Of a stretch of DNA of 64,000 bases, positions 36,401 to 44,295 are shown in pieces; the first letter of the stretch is position 1, and each line of letters starts with the position of its first letter. The notes below the pieces were generated by a model. It was not told where the DNA came from and searched no databases. It saw only the letters and a program-made list of their open reading frames with translations. The stretch is from the NCBI GenBank assembly GCA_965203355.1, contig OZ241889.1, positions 2,688,001-2,752,000 on the forward strand. Direction: 5' to 3'. A program made the translations under genes and the position numbers. The DNA is from Candidatus Latescibacterota bacterium. GTDB taxonomy: Bacteria; Latescibacterota; UBA2968; UBA8231.

Positions 36401-39118
36401 CGGCGACAGGAAAAGCGTCGTCCAACCCGCCTTTTCCCCGGCCGCGATGGTGACGGTCCCTGCTAATGTCGCCGTATAATCCACGTCGCGGGTGGCCATC
36501 GTTCCGCTGGCCGGCGGCACAATCGTGAAACGGACCGTCTCAGCCGCCGGAGCCGCGCCCGACAGAGTCGCTGTAACGCGGATTTCAGCCGTCTCGCCGT
36601 TTTCGCGCACCGCCGATTGCGAAGCCATCACGCTGGCGACGCCAATCGTCACTGGCTGAGCCTCGGCGACCGTGATGGTAAAAGTCCGCACTCCGCCATC
36701 GCCGTCGGCATCAATCGCTGTATAGACGACCGAGGCCATGCCCGCCAGCGTCGGCGTCCCGGAAAGCGTCCGCGTGGCCGCGTCAAACGACAGCCCCAGC
36801 GGCAGGTTCGACGAAACGCTGTACATCAGCGTTCCTTGACCGCCCGTCGCCGCGGGCAACACCGCGCTAAACGCTTGCCCCACCGTCGCTTCAAAGGCTA
36901 ACGCCCCAGTGCCGAAACTCGGCCATCTCGTGTCCGCGGGCGTCTCGGAAGAATCATCCATCATCGCCGCGTCTTTCAGCTTGATCGCCACGGGGCCGAC
37001 CGTGATCTTGTCGTCGTCTTGGTTCTTGAGGTCGTCCTTGAGTGGCTTCAGTGTGATCGTCTCGTCGTTGTCGGCTTTGCCGTCGTTGACCGGCGTGATC
37101 GTGATCGTCGTCGAGCCGGTGATCTCGCCGCGTGGAATCGTCAGCGAGCGAAGCACCGCCGTGTAATCCACGTCCCGCGTCGCGGCACCGGACGCATCCT
37201 CATCCAAAACCAACGAGATCGTCGCATTCGCGTCGAGCACCTTGCCGTCTAACGTGCCGGTCACCGTGACCGTCGTCTCACCCGCGTCCTCTTTGATTTC
37301 ACCCGGGCTGACCGACAGCGTGATATTCTCGCTCAGCGTCTCATCGTCCGTGATCGTGAACGTCTGCTCGTTCATCTGAGACTCTTCGGTTCCGACTTTC
37401 GCTGTCACCGTGAACGTCCGCGCATTATGCGAAGTGCTGTTGTCCACCGGCGTGACGCGCAGCGTCGCCGTGCCTTTGGTGTCGCCGGCCGGGATCGTCA
37501 AGCCCTCAATGACTTCCACCTCGTAATGCACATCGCGCGTCCCCTCACCCGCCGTAATCTGAAAGTCCACTGCCTTAGCGCCGGTTAAGGCCGTCTCCAA
37601 CTCAACGGTCATCGTAACGTCCGTCACCCCGGCGGCTTCGCGGATCGTTTTCGGACTCAGCGTAAAATTCTTGAGCCGCGCCACCGCAACGTCCTCAACC
37701 GTGATGGTGCCCGGATTGACCACAACAGGAATGACAAAAGAGTCCACCCGCTTTACCTTTGTCCCATTGGCGAAGTTACTGTTAGTGATTTTCCCATCGC
37801 CGTTAAAGTCAACACGGAGCTCGAGATGAGTCTGAGCAGTGTTTCCGGCATTCGTGGCACCTACATCAAGTAAGTATGGACCTCCTTCCGTTAGTATTTT
37901 TCCGGCGGGTACCACATAGGTATCCAAAAGATCGTCATCCTTGAAAAAGTCGATACCCAAGTCTTTTTCTACCAAGACGGTCCCCGCAGGTACGAAGTCG
38001 GAATCGGCAGTGTTATATGGATTAACACCGAAATTGAGCGCAAAAACCCCATCCCCATTTGAGTCTTTTCCAATAGATCCATCGCCGTCAAAGTCCACGC
38101 CGAGGACAGCGTTTCTATGAATGACTTCATTAAGCGTGAGCGCCTGTTTTCCCGGCGCATTATGCACATCATTATCTTTATTTAAGGTCCCTTCCATCCT
38201 TAAGTCGAACCGGACCTGCTTACCTGCGCTATTGAGCCGTTTCTTGAATTCCACCAGCAGCGTATCCTTGGCCCCCAGCACGATATTACCCGCCTTATTA
38301 TTCGGATCGACGGTGATCGTCGTCGTCGCGTCGATCTTCCGCTTTGGAATGGTCAACTTCCCCAGCCCTCGAATCGAGTAATCCACATCGCGCGTCAACG
38401 TACTAGTAGAAGAAACAACCAATTGAGTTTCAAGGTCGCGCTCCGTCCACGAGCCACCATCCAACATAGCCGTTACTTCAATCGAAGTCGCATCCGCCTG
38501 CTTGCTGAGCTTGGACGGCGAAAAAGAGAGGTTGATCGTGGGGACGAACACATCGTCGTCAATAATATCAATATAGAAGACGCCAGTAACACCAGTCCCG
38601 CTCTCAGTATAGGACGCGGCGGTTTTGCCTTTCTCGAAGATGGTTCCAGTGGAACCCTCTACGTCAATCACGATAGGAATATTAACCCGCTTTAGAACCT
38701 TCGATGTATCAATAGTACCCGTTATGGTCAGGGTATCAACATTCGCTGAAGCGTTGGCCGGGTTCGTTCCAATCCGATCATTGTTTATCGGAGTTACGGT
38801 GATCGTCCCGGTCGCCTTGCGCGCGCCCTTCTTAATCACCAAAGAGGGTAAAGATATTCTGAAGTACTCGTTGAGATAGCGGGCCGTGACACCGACGAGA
38901 CTCATCGGAAGATGAAGATCGACCTTCGCCTTCGCGTCAGCGTCGCGTAATTCGGCTGTTATCGCAATATCTTGCGCCCCTCCATCCTCGCGGACGGAAC
39001 GCCGATCAACGGATATGTCGATGTTCTCGGTCTGAGCCACAGCCTCGCCGGCCCAGCCCAACACCAAACTGGCCGCCAGCAAAAAAGGAAAGGTAAAAAG
39101 CCGCGTGTGCGTACTCAT
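33497..39118 (-). CDS. 1873-aa secreted surface protein: Calx-beta-like repeats, putative-Ig (He_PIG) repeats, FN3-like region, EF-hand/dockerin-like pair, cohesin-like domain, T9SS type A-like CTD
   Basis: Signal peptide after an AAGGAG RBS. Repeated TRDxxY units. Three GLSFDxATRTxSGTP units. Duplicated FDDFFVLADxFG. GYGLQVTYD. NYPNPFNP...MLLLK. Confidence 0.88.
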   Translation of the reverse strand: MSTHTRLFTFPFLLAASLVLGWAGEAVAQTENIDISVDRRSVREDGGAQDIAITAELRDADAKAKVDLHLPMSLVGVTARYLNEYFRISLPSLVIKKGARKATGTITVTPINNDRIGTNPANASANVDTLTITGTIDTSKVLKRVNIPIVIDVEGSTGTIFEKGKTAASYTESGTGVTGVFYIDIIDDDVFVPTINLSFSPSKLSKQADATSIEVTAMLDGGSWTERDLETQLVVSSTSTLTRDVDYSIRGLGKLTIPKRKIDATTTITVDPNNKAGNIVLGAKDTLLVEFKKRLNSAGKQVRFDLRMEGTLNKDNDVHNAPGKQALTLNEVIHRNAVLGVDFDGDGSIGKDSNGDGVFALNFGVNPYNTADSDFVPAGTVLVEKDLGIDFFKDDDLLDTYVVPAGKILTEGGPYLLDVGATNAGNTAQTHLELRVDFNGDGKITNSNFANGTKVKRVDSFVIPVVVNPGTITVEDVAVARLKNFTLSPKTIREAAGVTDVTMTVELETALTGAKAVDFQITAGEGTRDVHYEVEVIEGLTIPAGDTKGTATLRVTPVDNSTSHNARTFTVTAKVGTEESQMNEQTFTITDDETLSENITLSVSPGEIKEDAGETTVTVTGTLDGKVLDANATISLVLDEDASGAATRDVDYTAVLRSLTIPRGEITGSTTITITPVNDGKADNDETITLKPLKDDLKNQDDDKITVGPVAIKLKDAAMMDDSSETPADTRWPSFGTGALAFEATVGQAFSAVLPAATGGQGTLMYSVSSNLPLGLSFDAATRTLSGTPTLAGMASVVYTAIDADGDGGVRTFTITVAEAQPVTIGVASVMASQSAVRENGETAEIRVTATLSGAAPAAETVRFTIVPPASGTMATRDVDYTATLAGTVTIAAGEKAGWTTLFLSPIDNASADGHKHLGVRAAASGGWAQVDLRISDDETPSTSLVLSVTPSALSESAELTEVMVMAALDGKPLAENATVSVSIDAAASSATRDTDYSALFNPTITIAAGSIMGSTRLLVDPVSDGMAEGDETIVLNAMLPGLTAGSATLVLTDMDSGMMDGDDDKEMMLPLAFVDGASIAVHTYTAGTAITPLVLPVALGGEGTITYSVSGLPTGLSFDAATRTISGTPEAEGTMEVTYTAMAGAESVSLMFTITVNAMLDFGDLSALFGLFNSGAGKANPADSHDDSMIQLAINVPANLTLPAVSGGTPPLTYSVSGLPTGLSFDPATRTISGTPTTMGETVATYTVMDASGARQSLPLSMAVVEPPLSAPTNLVAEDYKGADGQGDQGGFVMLSWELSADHKSLDGYRIFRALPVLENEMVPWAQVDAVPGVAMGRAIVATLDNVSTRWGIAAERGGRTTHTMAKAVFVEADDLTAPYAQMAATLQASRAAAQGGEGPVLASLLPEALAYARGVAPKLNVVSSVLSSSITWTAEAVRATDDIAPLAVSALQVLDAPDDQGGRIALTWTLSPSDQVLQGVVAGALGPAPVEPVVGVHGYRIYRRAVGEETFSVVAEVEAGVASFVDETAQHGVHYTYQVRPFDWDNETGSVEHTALAVRNRVADSQGQALLGLFGADHRIGFDDFFVLADRFGLTAGDAGFDPAFDLAPNGTIDFDDFFVLADHFGRSVAAAGKPVPLRTGLNGDARLYLDAPTALPSVGEEFVVNVRLADFVAVKGYGLQVTYDADQLTFVEARTDQPLGDSAFATPQVLADQAGVLTVAAHGDVVSDGELMLRLVFRPTTEIEHTTLEITDSQTYDRALGFNRLALPAPVAVQTRPAVFSLAANYPNPFNPQTTIQYALPQAAAVGLTVYNVLGQPVRTLVAEHQAAGRYAVEWDATNDSGQSVSSGMYFYRLQAGGDFLDIKKMLLLK
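35409..35800 (-). repeat. Near-identical intragenic 71-bp repeats encoding He_PIG cores
   Basis: 35409-35479 versus 35730-35800 differ at 2 of 71 positions. A more diverged third copy lies near 36753-36800. Confidence 0.85.
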
Positions 39119-39314
39119 GATTTCACTCCTTTAGAAAAGGGAAAAGGGATAGAAGAAAATGGACTTAGCCTTATCACTAAGCCGCTGTGTTCTTGCGTTT
39201 TTGCTACCGTTAAGCAAGACGAATCCCGCGCGGCGAGCGCTCGGGCTACAACGTCGCCGGCCGATAACCGCGCGGCTATCGAGGATGGGTTTCGTTTGTG
39301 ATGGGGATGGGTGG

Positions 39315-39349
39315 CCACTGACCACTGACCACTGACCACTGACCACTGG
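39315..39349. repeat. Heptamer tandem repeat (CCACTGA)x5
   Basis: Four exact CCACTGA units plus CCACTGG in the leader of the large surface-protein gene. Confidence 0.95.
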
Positions 39350-39468
39350 CCGATGGAGCTTACCGACGCGGCCGGACAGAATAATGCCGTTTCCCGCTTC
39401 CGTAGAGGAAGGGGAGCGAGGCAAATAGGTTGGTGAGTGAAGCTAGGGCTTAATGCCCAAGAAAATTC

Positions 39469-39506
39469 GGGGGGGGGGGGGTAAGTCATTGTTTTTTAAC
39501 GACTTA
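39469..39506. promoter_or_regulatory. G13 homopolymer abutting a 9-7-9 palindrome
   Basis: 13 G at 39469-39481, then TAAGTCATT-GTTTTTT-AACGACTTA (arms 8/9 complementary). The sequence is directly seen; the regulatory role is inferred. Confidence 0.6.
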
Positions 39507-39723
39507 TGGAGATTAAGTCTCGGCGTTATCACAAGCGTAGAACAAGGCACCGCCATCAGCACCGCTCCCGGCGATGGCGTTCTTTGTGATATTGACGTTG
39601 TGCCCATGTCCTGTTAATCCGACTAAGAATGCCGCAAACGGCGGGGGTTCTATACCCAAACGCAACGCGCCGCTGTGAATTGCAAGTCCTATTTTATGAA
39701 TTTCAGCAAAGGTTTGTCAAGCG

Positions 39724-39820
39724 GAAGTTTAGCTTTACTCCCGTTGGATCGCCCCGGCTCAACCCCAAGCCCGACCGCAACCGGACCGCGACAATTGGAG
39801 ATTGCAAAATGTACCACGAC
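39724..39820. mobile_element. MITE-like element, copy 2 (left end eroded), same orientation as copy 1
   Basis: Shares exact blocks TTTAGCTTTACTCCCGTTG, CCCAAGCCCGACC, ACCGCGACAATTGGAGA and the CAAAAyGTAyCACGAC right end with 33177-33304. Confidence 0.7.
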
Positions 39821-39915
39821 CCGATTTCTTGACGCTAGCAGATAATCCGGTTAATTTTTTAATTTTTTGTCTTGTCGCCCCAACGCGCTCGGCTTTTCGG
39901 TGCAGGAGATTTCCG

Positions 39916-40869
39916 TTGGATCCCCAAGTGCTCATCAGTATCTCGCAGCTTTCCCATGTCTATGCAGATACGCGGAAGAAAGCGGGCCATCGCGCCCTCC
40001 ACGCGATCGATCTCGACATCCACTATGGGGAGACGACGGCCCTGTTGGGGCCTAATGGCAGCGGTAAATCTACCCTCTTGCGCGCGCTAACCACCGCGCT
40101 GGTACCCACCTCGGGTGCCGTGCGGGTCGGCGGCGCGCTCTTGGGGCAAGATCCGTCGGCCGTGCGCCGTCAGTTGGGAGTCGTCTTTCAGAATCCCGCG
40201 CTCGATGGGAAAATGACAGTCGGCGAAAACTTGCGGATGGCGGGTTTGCTCTACGGCATGGGCCGAGGCGCTGTGCGCCAGCGCAGTCAACAGTTGCTGG
40301 AGGTTGTCGGCTTGTGGGAACGGCGCAACGAGCAGGTGGAGAAGCTGTCTGGAGGCATGCGGCGGCGCGTCGAATTGGCCAAGGCGCTGTTGCCAACACC
40401 GGCGATTCTCGTGCTCGACGAGCCGACAACGGGGTTGGATCCGGTGGCGCGCCAAGATTTCTGGAATCAAGTGGAAGCACTCAAAGCGGACGAGCAACTC
40501 ACGGTCGTGGTCTCGACCCACCTCTTGGACGAGGCTGAGTGTGCAGACCGAGTCGCCATTTTACACCAAGGACAATTGCTCGTCTGTGGCCCCCCAAGGG
40601 TCTTGCAACGCCAACTGGGGCGCGAAATTCTCACGCTGCGCAGCGACGATGCGGCCGCGCTGCAAGTTGCGCTGCACAGCGACATGGGCTTAGAGGGCCT
40701 AGTCGTCGATCAGGACTTGCGCATCCCGCTCAATGGCGACATCAGCCTCGACGAGGTATTCCAGCGCTTCGGTTCCCAGATCCGCTTGCTGTCTTTGGCT
40801 CCTCCGTCGCTCGACGATGTGTTCGTGCGCTACACGGGCCAGCACCTCGAGGAAGGAAATGCGGCTTGA
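39916..40869 (+). CDS. ABC-2 type exporter ATP-binding subunit
   Basis: GPNGSGKS Walker A, LSGGMRRR signature, LVLDEPT, STH. TTG start after AGGAG. Confidence 0.92.
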   Translation: MDPQVLISISQLSHVYADTRKKAGHRALHAIDLDIHYGETTALLGPNGSGKSTLLRALTTALVPTSGAVRVGGALLGQDPSAVRRQLGVVFQNPALDGKMTVGENLRMAGLLYGMGRGAVRQRSQQLLEVVGLWERRNEQVEKLSGGMRRRVELAKALLPTPAILVLDEPTTGLDPVARQDFWNQVEALKADEQLTVVVSTHLLDEAECADRVAILHQGQLLVCGPPRVLQRQLGREILTLRSDDAAALQVALHSDMGLEGLVVDQDLRIPLNGDISLDEVFQRFGSQIRLLSLAPPSLDDVFVRYTGQHLEEGNAA

Positions 40870-41630
40870 ACGGCGCGTGGATTCTGGCCCAGCGCGAAGT
40901 GCTGCGCTTTTTTCGCCAGCCTTCGCGGCTTTTGGGGAGCTTGGTGCAGCCGCTGATGCTGTGGTTTTTCATGGGCTCGGGTTTTGCCGACAGCTTCATC
41001 AGCGGAGGCAGCGAGCTGAGCTATAGAGAGTTTTTCTATCCGGGCATCGCGCTGATGCTCCTGCTCTTCGCGGCGATTTTTTCCACCATTACTCTCATTG
41101 AAGACCGCAGTGCTGGCTTTTTGCAAGGTGTGCTGGTAGCACCCGTGTCGCGTCTGAGTATAGCACTGGGCAAGCTGGTCGGTGGTACGCTCATTGCCTT
41201 GTTGCAGGTGCTCGTGTTTTTGTTGCTAACACCGGTGGCTGGCATTGCGTTATCAGTGGAGGTGATCTTGACGCTCTTGGCCCTCTGTGCGCTGATCGGC
41301 ATGGGCTTCACGGGTTTGGGCTTCATGGTCGCGTGGCAGTTGGATTCAGTCGCTGGCTACCACGCAGTAATGAGCGTTGTGCTCATCCCCTTGTGGTTTC
41401 TTTCCGGTGCGCTCTTTCCCATTGAAGGAGCGGCGCCTTGGCTCGAGTGGATAATGCAGTGCAATCCCGTGACCTATGCGCTAGTCGTTTTGCGCAAGGC
41501 GTTCTACGCGATGCCGACTCAACTGATAGCGGATGCAGCATTTGTGCGTGCCTTGCTGATCACCAGCGGTTGGACGGTGCTGACGACCGCTGGGGCCGCT
41601 TGGATGGTGGCCCGCAGCCGCGGCTCCTGA
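40866..41630 (+). CDS. ABC-2 type exporter permease
   Basis: AQREVLRFFRQ, FFYPGI, IEDRSAGFLQGVLVAPVSR, FLSGALFP, NPVTY. TTGA overlap with the ATPase stop. Confidence 0.92.
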   Translation: MNGAWILAQREVLRFFRQPSRLLGSLVQPLMLWFFMGSGFADSFISGGSELSYREFFYPGIALMLLLFAAIFSTITLIEDRSAGFLQGVLVAPVSRLSIALGKLVGGTLIALLQVLVFLLLTPVAGIALSVEVILTLLALCALIGMGFTGLGFMVAWQLDSVAGYHAVMSVVLIPLWFLSGALFPIEGAAPWLEWIMQCNPVTYALVVLRKAFYAMPTQLIADAAFVRALLITSGWTVLTTAGAAWMVARSRGS

Positions 41631-41632
41631 TC

Positions 41633-42046
41633 TCAGAGTTGGTAGAGCATTAGATAGACCACCACGCCGCTAACCGATACAAATATCCACACCGGCCAGA
41701 CCCAGCAAGCTAACCGACGATGGCGGGCGAAATCTTGGTTGTATGCGTGCCAGACGACAAGGGCCACAAAAGGAGCCATTAGCGCGGCGAGGAGCACGTG
41801 GGGTATGAGCACAGCGAAGTACAGGGGGCGGGTCCAGTCGTAGTGGGGATAGGGTACCGAACCTACCTGAACGTGGTAAACCAGATACGAACAAAGGAAG
41901 AGCGCGGAGCAGACGAGGGCAGCCAGCATGGACTTTTGGTGGGCTTGGCGTGCGCCGCGGCGGATCTGCCGGTAGCCTCGCACGAGCAAAAGCGCACACA
42001 AGGTATTGAGGCAGGCGTTTAGCGTGGGGAGATCTGTAACAGACAC
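41633..42046 (-). CDS. DUF420 family membrane protein
   Basis: LPTLNACLN...H..SM...FL.SYLVYH, LIPH..LA, HRRLA...PVWIFVSVSGVVVYLMLY pattern. Confidence 0.85.
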   Translation of the reverse strand: MSVTDLPTLNACLNTLCALLLVRGYRQIRRGARQAHQKSMLAALVCSALFLCSYLVYHVQVGSVPYPHYDWTRPLYFAVLIPHVLLAALMAPFVALVVWHAYNQDFARHRRLACWVWPVWIFVSVSGVVVYLMLYQL

Positions 42047-42114
42047 AGGCTGCCGGAAAAGGGGACCAATGCAAACGCGAGCTGGCGACTAGTGCGCAAG
42101 CCCGCGTTGTGTCG

Positions 42115-42190
42115 TGGAGCCGCCACCCGGACTCGAACCGGGGACCTACTCATTACGAGTGAGTTGCTCTACCAGCTGAGCTATGGCGGC
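42115..42190 (-). tRNA. tRNA-Thr(CGT)
   Basis: Minus strand GCCGCCATAGCTCAGCTGGTAGAGCAACTCACT-CGT-AATGAGTAGGTCCCCGGTTCGAGTCCGGGTGGCGGCTCCA, 76 nt with encoded CCA. Confidence 0.97.
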
Positions 42191-42205
42191 TATGCTGTGC
42201 AATAG

Positions 42206-42234
42206 AAACTAGGCGGAGCCAAGTACGGTGTCAA
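42206..42234 (-). promoter_or_regulatory. Sigma70-type promoter for tRNA-Thr
   Basis: Minus strand TTGACA-17 nt-TAGTTT just upstream of the tRNA. Confidence 0.6.
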
Positions 42235-42259
42235 GAACAGCTTCGGTTCGCGCCGCCTA

Positions 42260-43480
42260 CTAAAAGAAATTGAACAGTTTGCCTATCGTATGGGCAAAGC
42301 CGTTGCGGGGCCGATCGGGGTCGTGCGGCCCGACGGGAGCGCAGTGTTCGGTATCGGTAGCGACAAAGCGCAACAGACCGATCGCGCTAGCATAGCTGGG
42401 GTTGCTGATCTCGGTGGGGGCGATCGCGTTTTGGGGGACGCCAATGCGGACGGGGTGGCCGAGCACCTCCTCGGCGAGTGGCGCGATCTGGTCCAGCAAG
42501 GCCCCGCCGCCGGTGAGGACGAGGCCAGCGGCTAAGCGGTCGTTGTAGGAACTGTTGACGAGGGCTTGGCGCACGTATTCAAAGATCTCGCGCTGCCGGG
42601 CTTCAATGACCGCGCTGATCTGCTGCTTAGTTAAGGTACAGGTGCGACCGGTGGTCGTGTGGTACGTGACGGTCTCGTCGCAGTCTTCCCCGGCACAGCT
42701 AACGCTGCCAAAGCGGCATTTGAGCTTCTCGGCCTCGCGGATGGGGATGCTCAAGACAATCGAGAGATCGCGCGTTATGTCATCGCCTCCTAGCGGAATT
42801 TCTTCTAGGTGCCGCATCGGACCTAGGAACATGGCCAGATCGCAGGTGCCCGCGCCGAGATCGAGCAGGGCCACACCCATATCGCGCTCGTCTTGGGACA
42901 AGGTGGCATGGGCCACGCCCACGCTTTCGAGGACGACGCCGACGATCTCAACGCCCGCTTTGGCAGCCGCGTGGCGGAAGGCTGTGCATAGATGCTCGGC
43001 CACGGAAACGGTCAACACTTCAATTGATAGGCGATTGCCGTGTAGCCAGAGCGGGTTTTGTACTGGCTCGCCATCGACGGCATAGCTCTGGACGAAGCGG
43101 TGCATCACCATCTGGTCCTCGGCGACCTGTTCTTGGGCAGCGGCGAGTAGAGCGCGGTCCCGATCCGCTTCGGAGATGGGGTTGGCGGAGCCGGAGATGC
43201 CCACCGTGCTGTAATTTGTCTGGGTGCTGATGCCGGCGCCGGCCATGCCGAGATAGGCCCCGGCGATTTTGAGGCCGGTCGAGCGCTCGGCTTCGGTGAT
43301 GGCTCGGTGGATGGACTCTGCTACTTGGGGCATGTCAATGACAGTGCTGCGGCGCAGACCCGTGCAGGGACTTTGCCCCAAGCCCAAAATTTTGACTTGG
43401 GAATTGTTTTGCACCTCGCCGACTAGGCATAGAACTTTTGAGGCACCAACATCGAGAACAACGACAGGGGATCCAGCCAT
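42260..43480 (-). CDS. ftsA: Cell division actin-like ATPase FtsA
   Basis: LDVGASKV, DLGAGTCD, GGDDITRDL...AEKLK, GLVLTGGGA, VRIGVP, YASAIGL. Confidence 0.9.
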   Translation of the reverse strand: MAGSPVVVLDVGASKVLCLVGEVQNNSQVKILGLGQSPCTGLRRSTVIDMPQVAESIHRAITEAERSTGLKIAGAYLGMAGAGISTQTNYSTVGISGSANPISEADRDRALLAAAQEQVAEDQMVMHRFVQSYAVDGEPVQNPLWLHGNRLSIEVLTVSVAEHLCTAFRHAAAKAGVEIVGVVLESVGVAHATLSQDERDMGVALLDLGAGTCDLAMFLGPMRHLEEIPLGGDDITRDLSIVLSIPIREAEKLKCRFGSVSCAGEDCDETVTYHTTTGRTCTLTKQQISAVIEARQREIFEYVRQALVNSSYNDRLAAGLVLTGGGALLDQIAPLAEEVLGHPVRIGVPQNAIAPTEISNPSYASAIGLLRFVATDTEHCAPVGPHDPDRPRNGFAHTIGKLFNFF

Positions 43481-43730
43481 GGTTGGCGTACTTTCTTTCT
43501 AAGCACAGCCGCAAAATGCAGCGCAATAAGGCAAGAAGAGGACGTATTGGGAGGGGGAGAAAAGCTACCGCCTAGCGGCAACCATGGGGCACTCGGCCCC
43601 TAATTAACTGTGCTTACGGTGCCAGACAAAGGGGGAAGTCGGCTTACTGTAAACACTTTAATAGTTAAGGATATGGAAGAATAGGAAAGCCGTTGGAGAA
43701 AGTCAAGCCTGATGCGGGGCTAGGTCGGCC

Positions 43731-43759
43731 TTGACTGGGCTAAGGCTTGCGCCTAAGAT
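43731..43759 (+). promoter_or_regulatory. Sigma70-type promoter for ssb
   Basis: TTGACT-17 nt-TAAGAT about 70 bp upstream of the ssb start. Confidence 0.55.
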
Positions 43760-43827
43760 AAGCAAAATTGCGAACACTAATGAGTGCGCTCGCGCTTGCG
43801 ACGCGCCCGCAGAAAGGAGCGAACACT

Positions 43828-44292
43828 ATGACTCGTGGGGTGAACAAAGTGATCTTAATCGGCAATTTGGGCAGCGATCCCGAAGTGCGCTACACGCCGG
43901 ACGGAGTGGCCGTAGCCAATTTTAACTTGGCCACCTCTGAAAGCTGGAACGACCGCAATACGGGCGAGCGCCAAGAGCGGACCGAATGGCATCGGCTCGT
44001 GCTCTGGCGCAAGCTGGCCGAGATCGCCGGGCAGTACCTCAAAAAGGGCGCGAAGATCTATGTCGAGGGCAAGCTACAGACTCGGTCTTGGGACGACCAG
44101 AGCGGCCAGAAGCGCTATACGACTGAGATTGTGGTCAACGACATGCAGATGCTCGATTCCCGCGGCGAGGCAGGCGGTGGCAGTGGTGGTAGAGATGCTG
44201 GCTACTCCGACCGGCCTGCCAGTGGGCAGCCCCCCCAGCCCGCTGCGCCGCCGCCGGGTCCGGGTGGCGACGACGACGATCTCCCGTTCTAA
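43828..44292 (+). CDS. ssb: Single-stranded DNA-binding protein
   Basis: [35 protein letters not shown], acidic DDDLPF tail. ATG after AAGGAG. Confidence 0.97.
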   Translation: MTRGVNKVILIGNLGSDPEVRYTPDGVAVANFNLATSESWNDRNTGERQERTEWHRLVLWRKLAEIAGQYLKKGAKIYVEGKLQTRSWDDQSGQKRYTTEIVVNDMQMLDSRGEAGGGSGGRDAGYSDRPASGQPPQPAAPPPGPGGDDDDLPF

Positions 44293-44295
44293 AGT

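Noticed and set aside
39130-39700. c-di-GMP or other known riboswitch upstream of the surface gene
   Set aside because: Only partial GCAAA/ACGCAA-like words; the required stem and tetraloop-receptor arrangement could not be built by eye.
40539-40865. N-terminal extension of the ABC permease and similar extensions on mltG, Wzi-like, ssb and ABC ATPase
   Set aside because: They overlap neighbouring genes or promoters; downstream starts have RBSs and match family N-termini.
42115-42190. tRNA-Thr as an integration site for an island
   Set aside because: No duplicated tRNA 3' end found (only a 7-bp TGGAGCC match near 26514) and no integrase.
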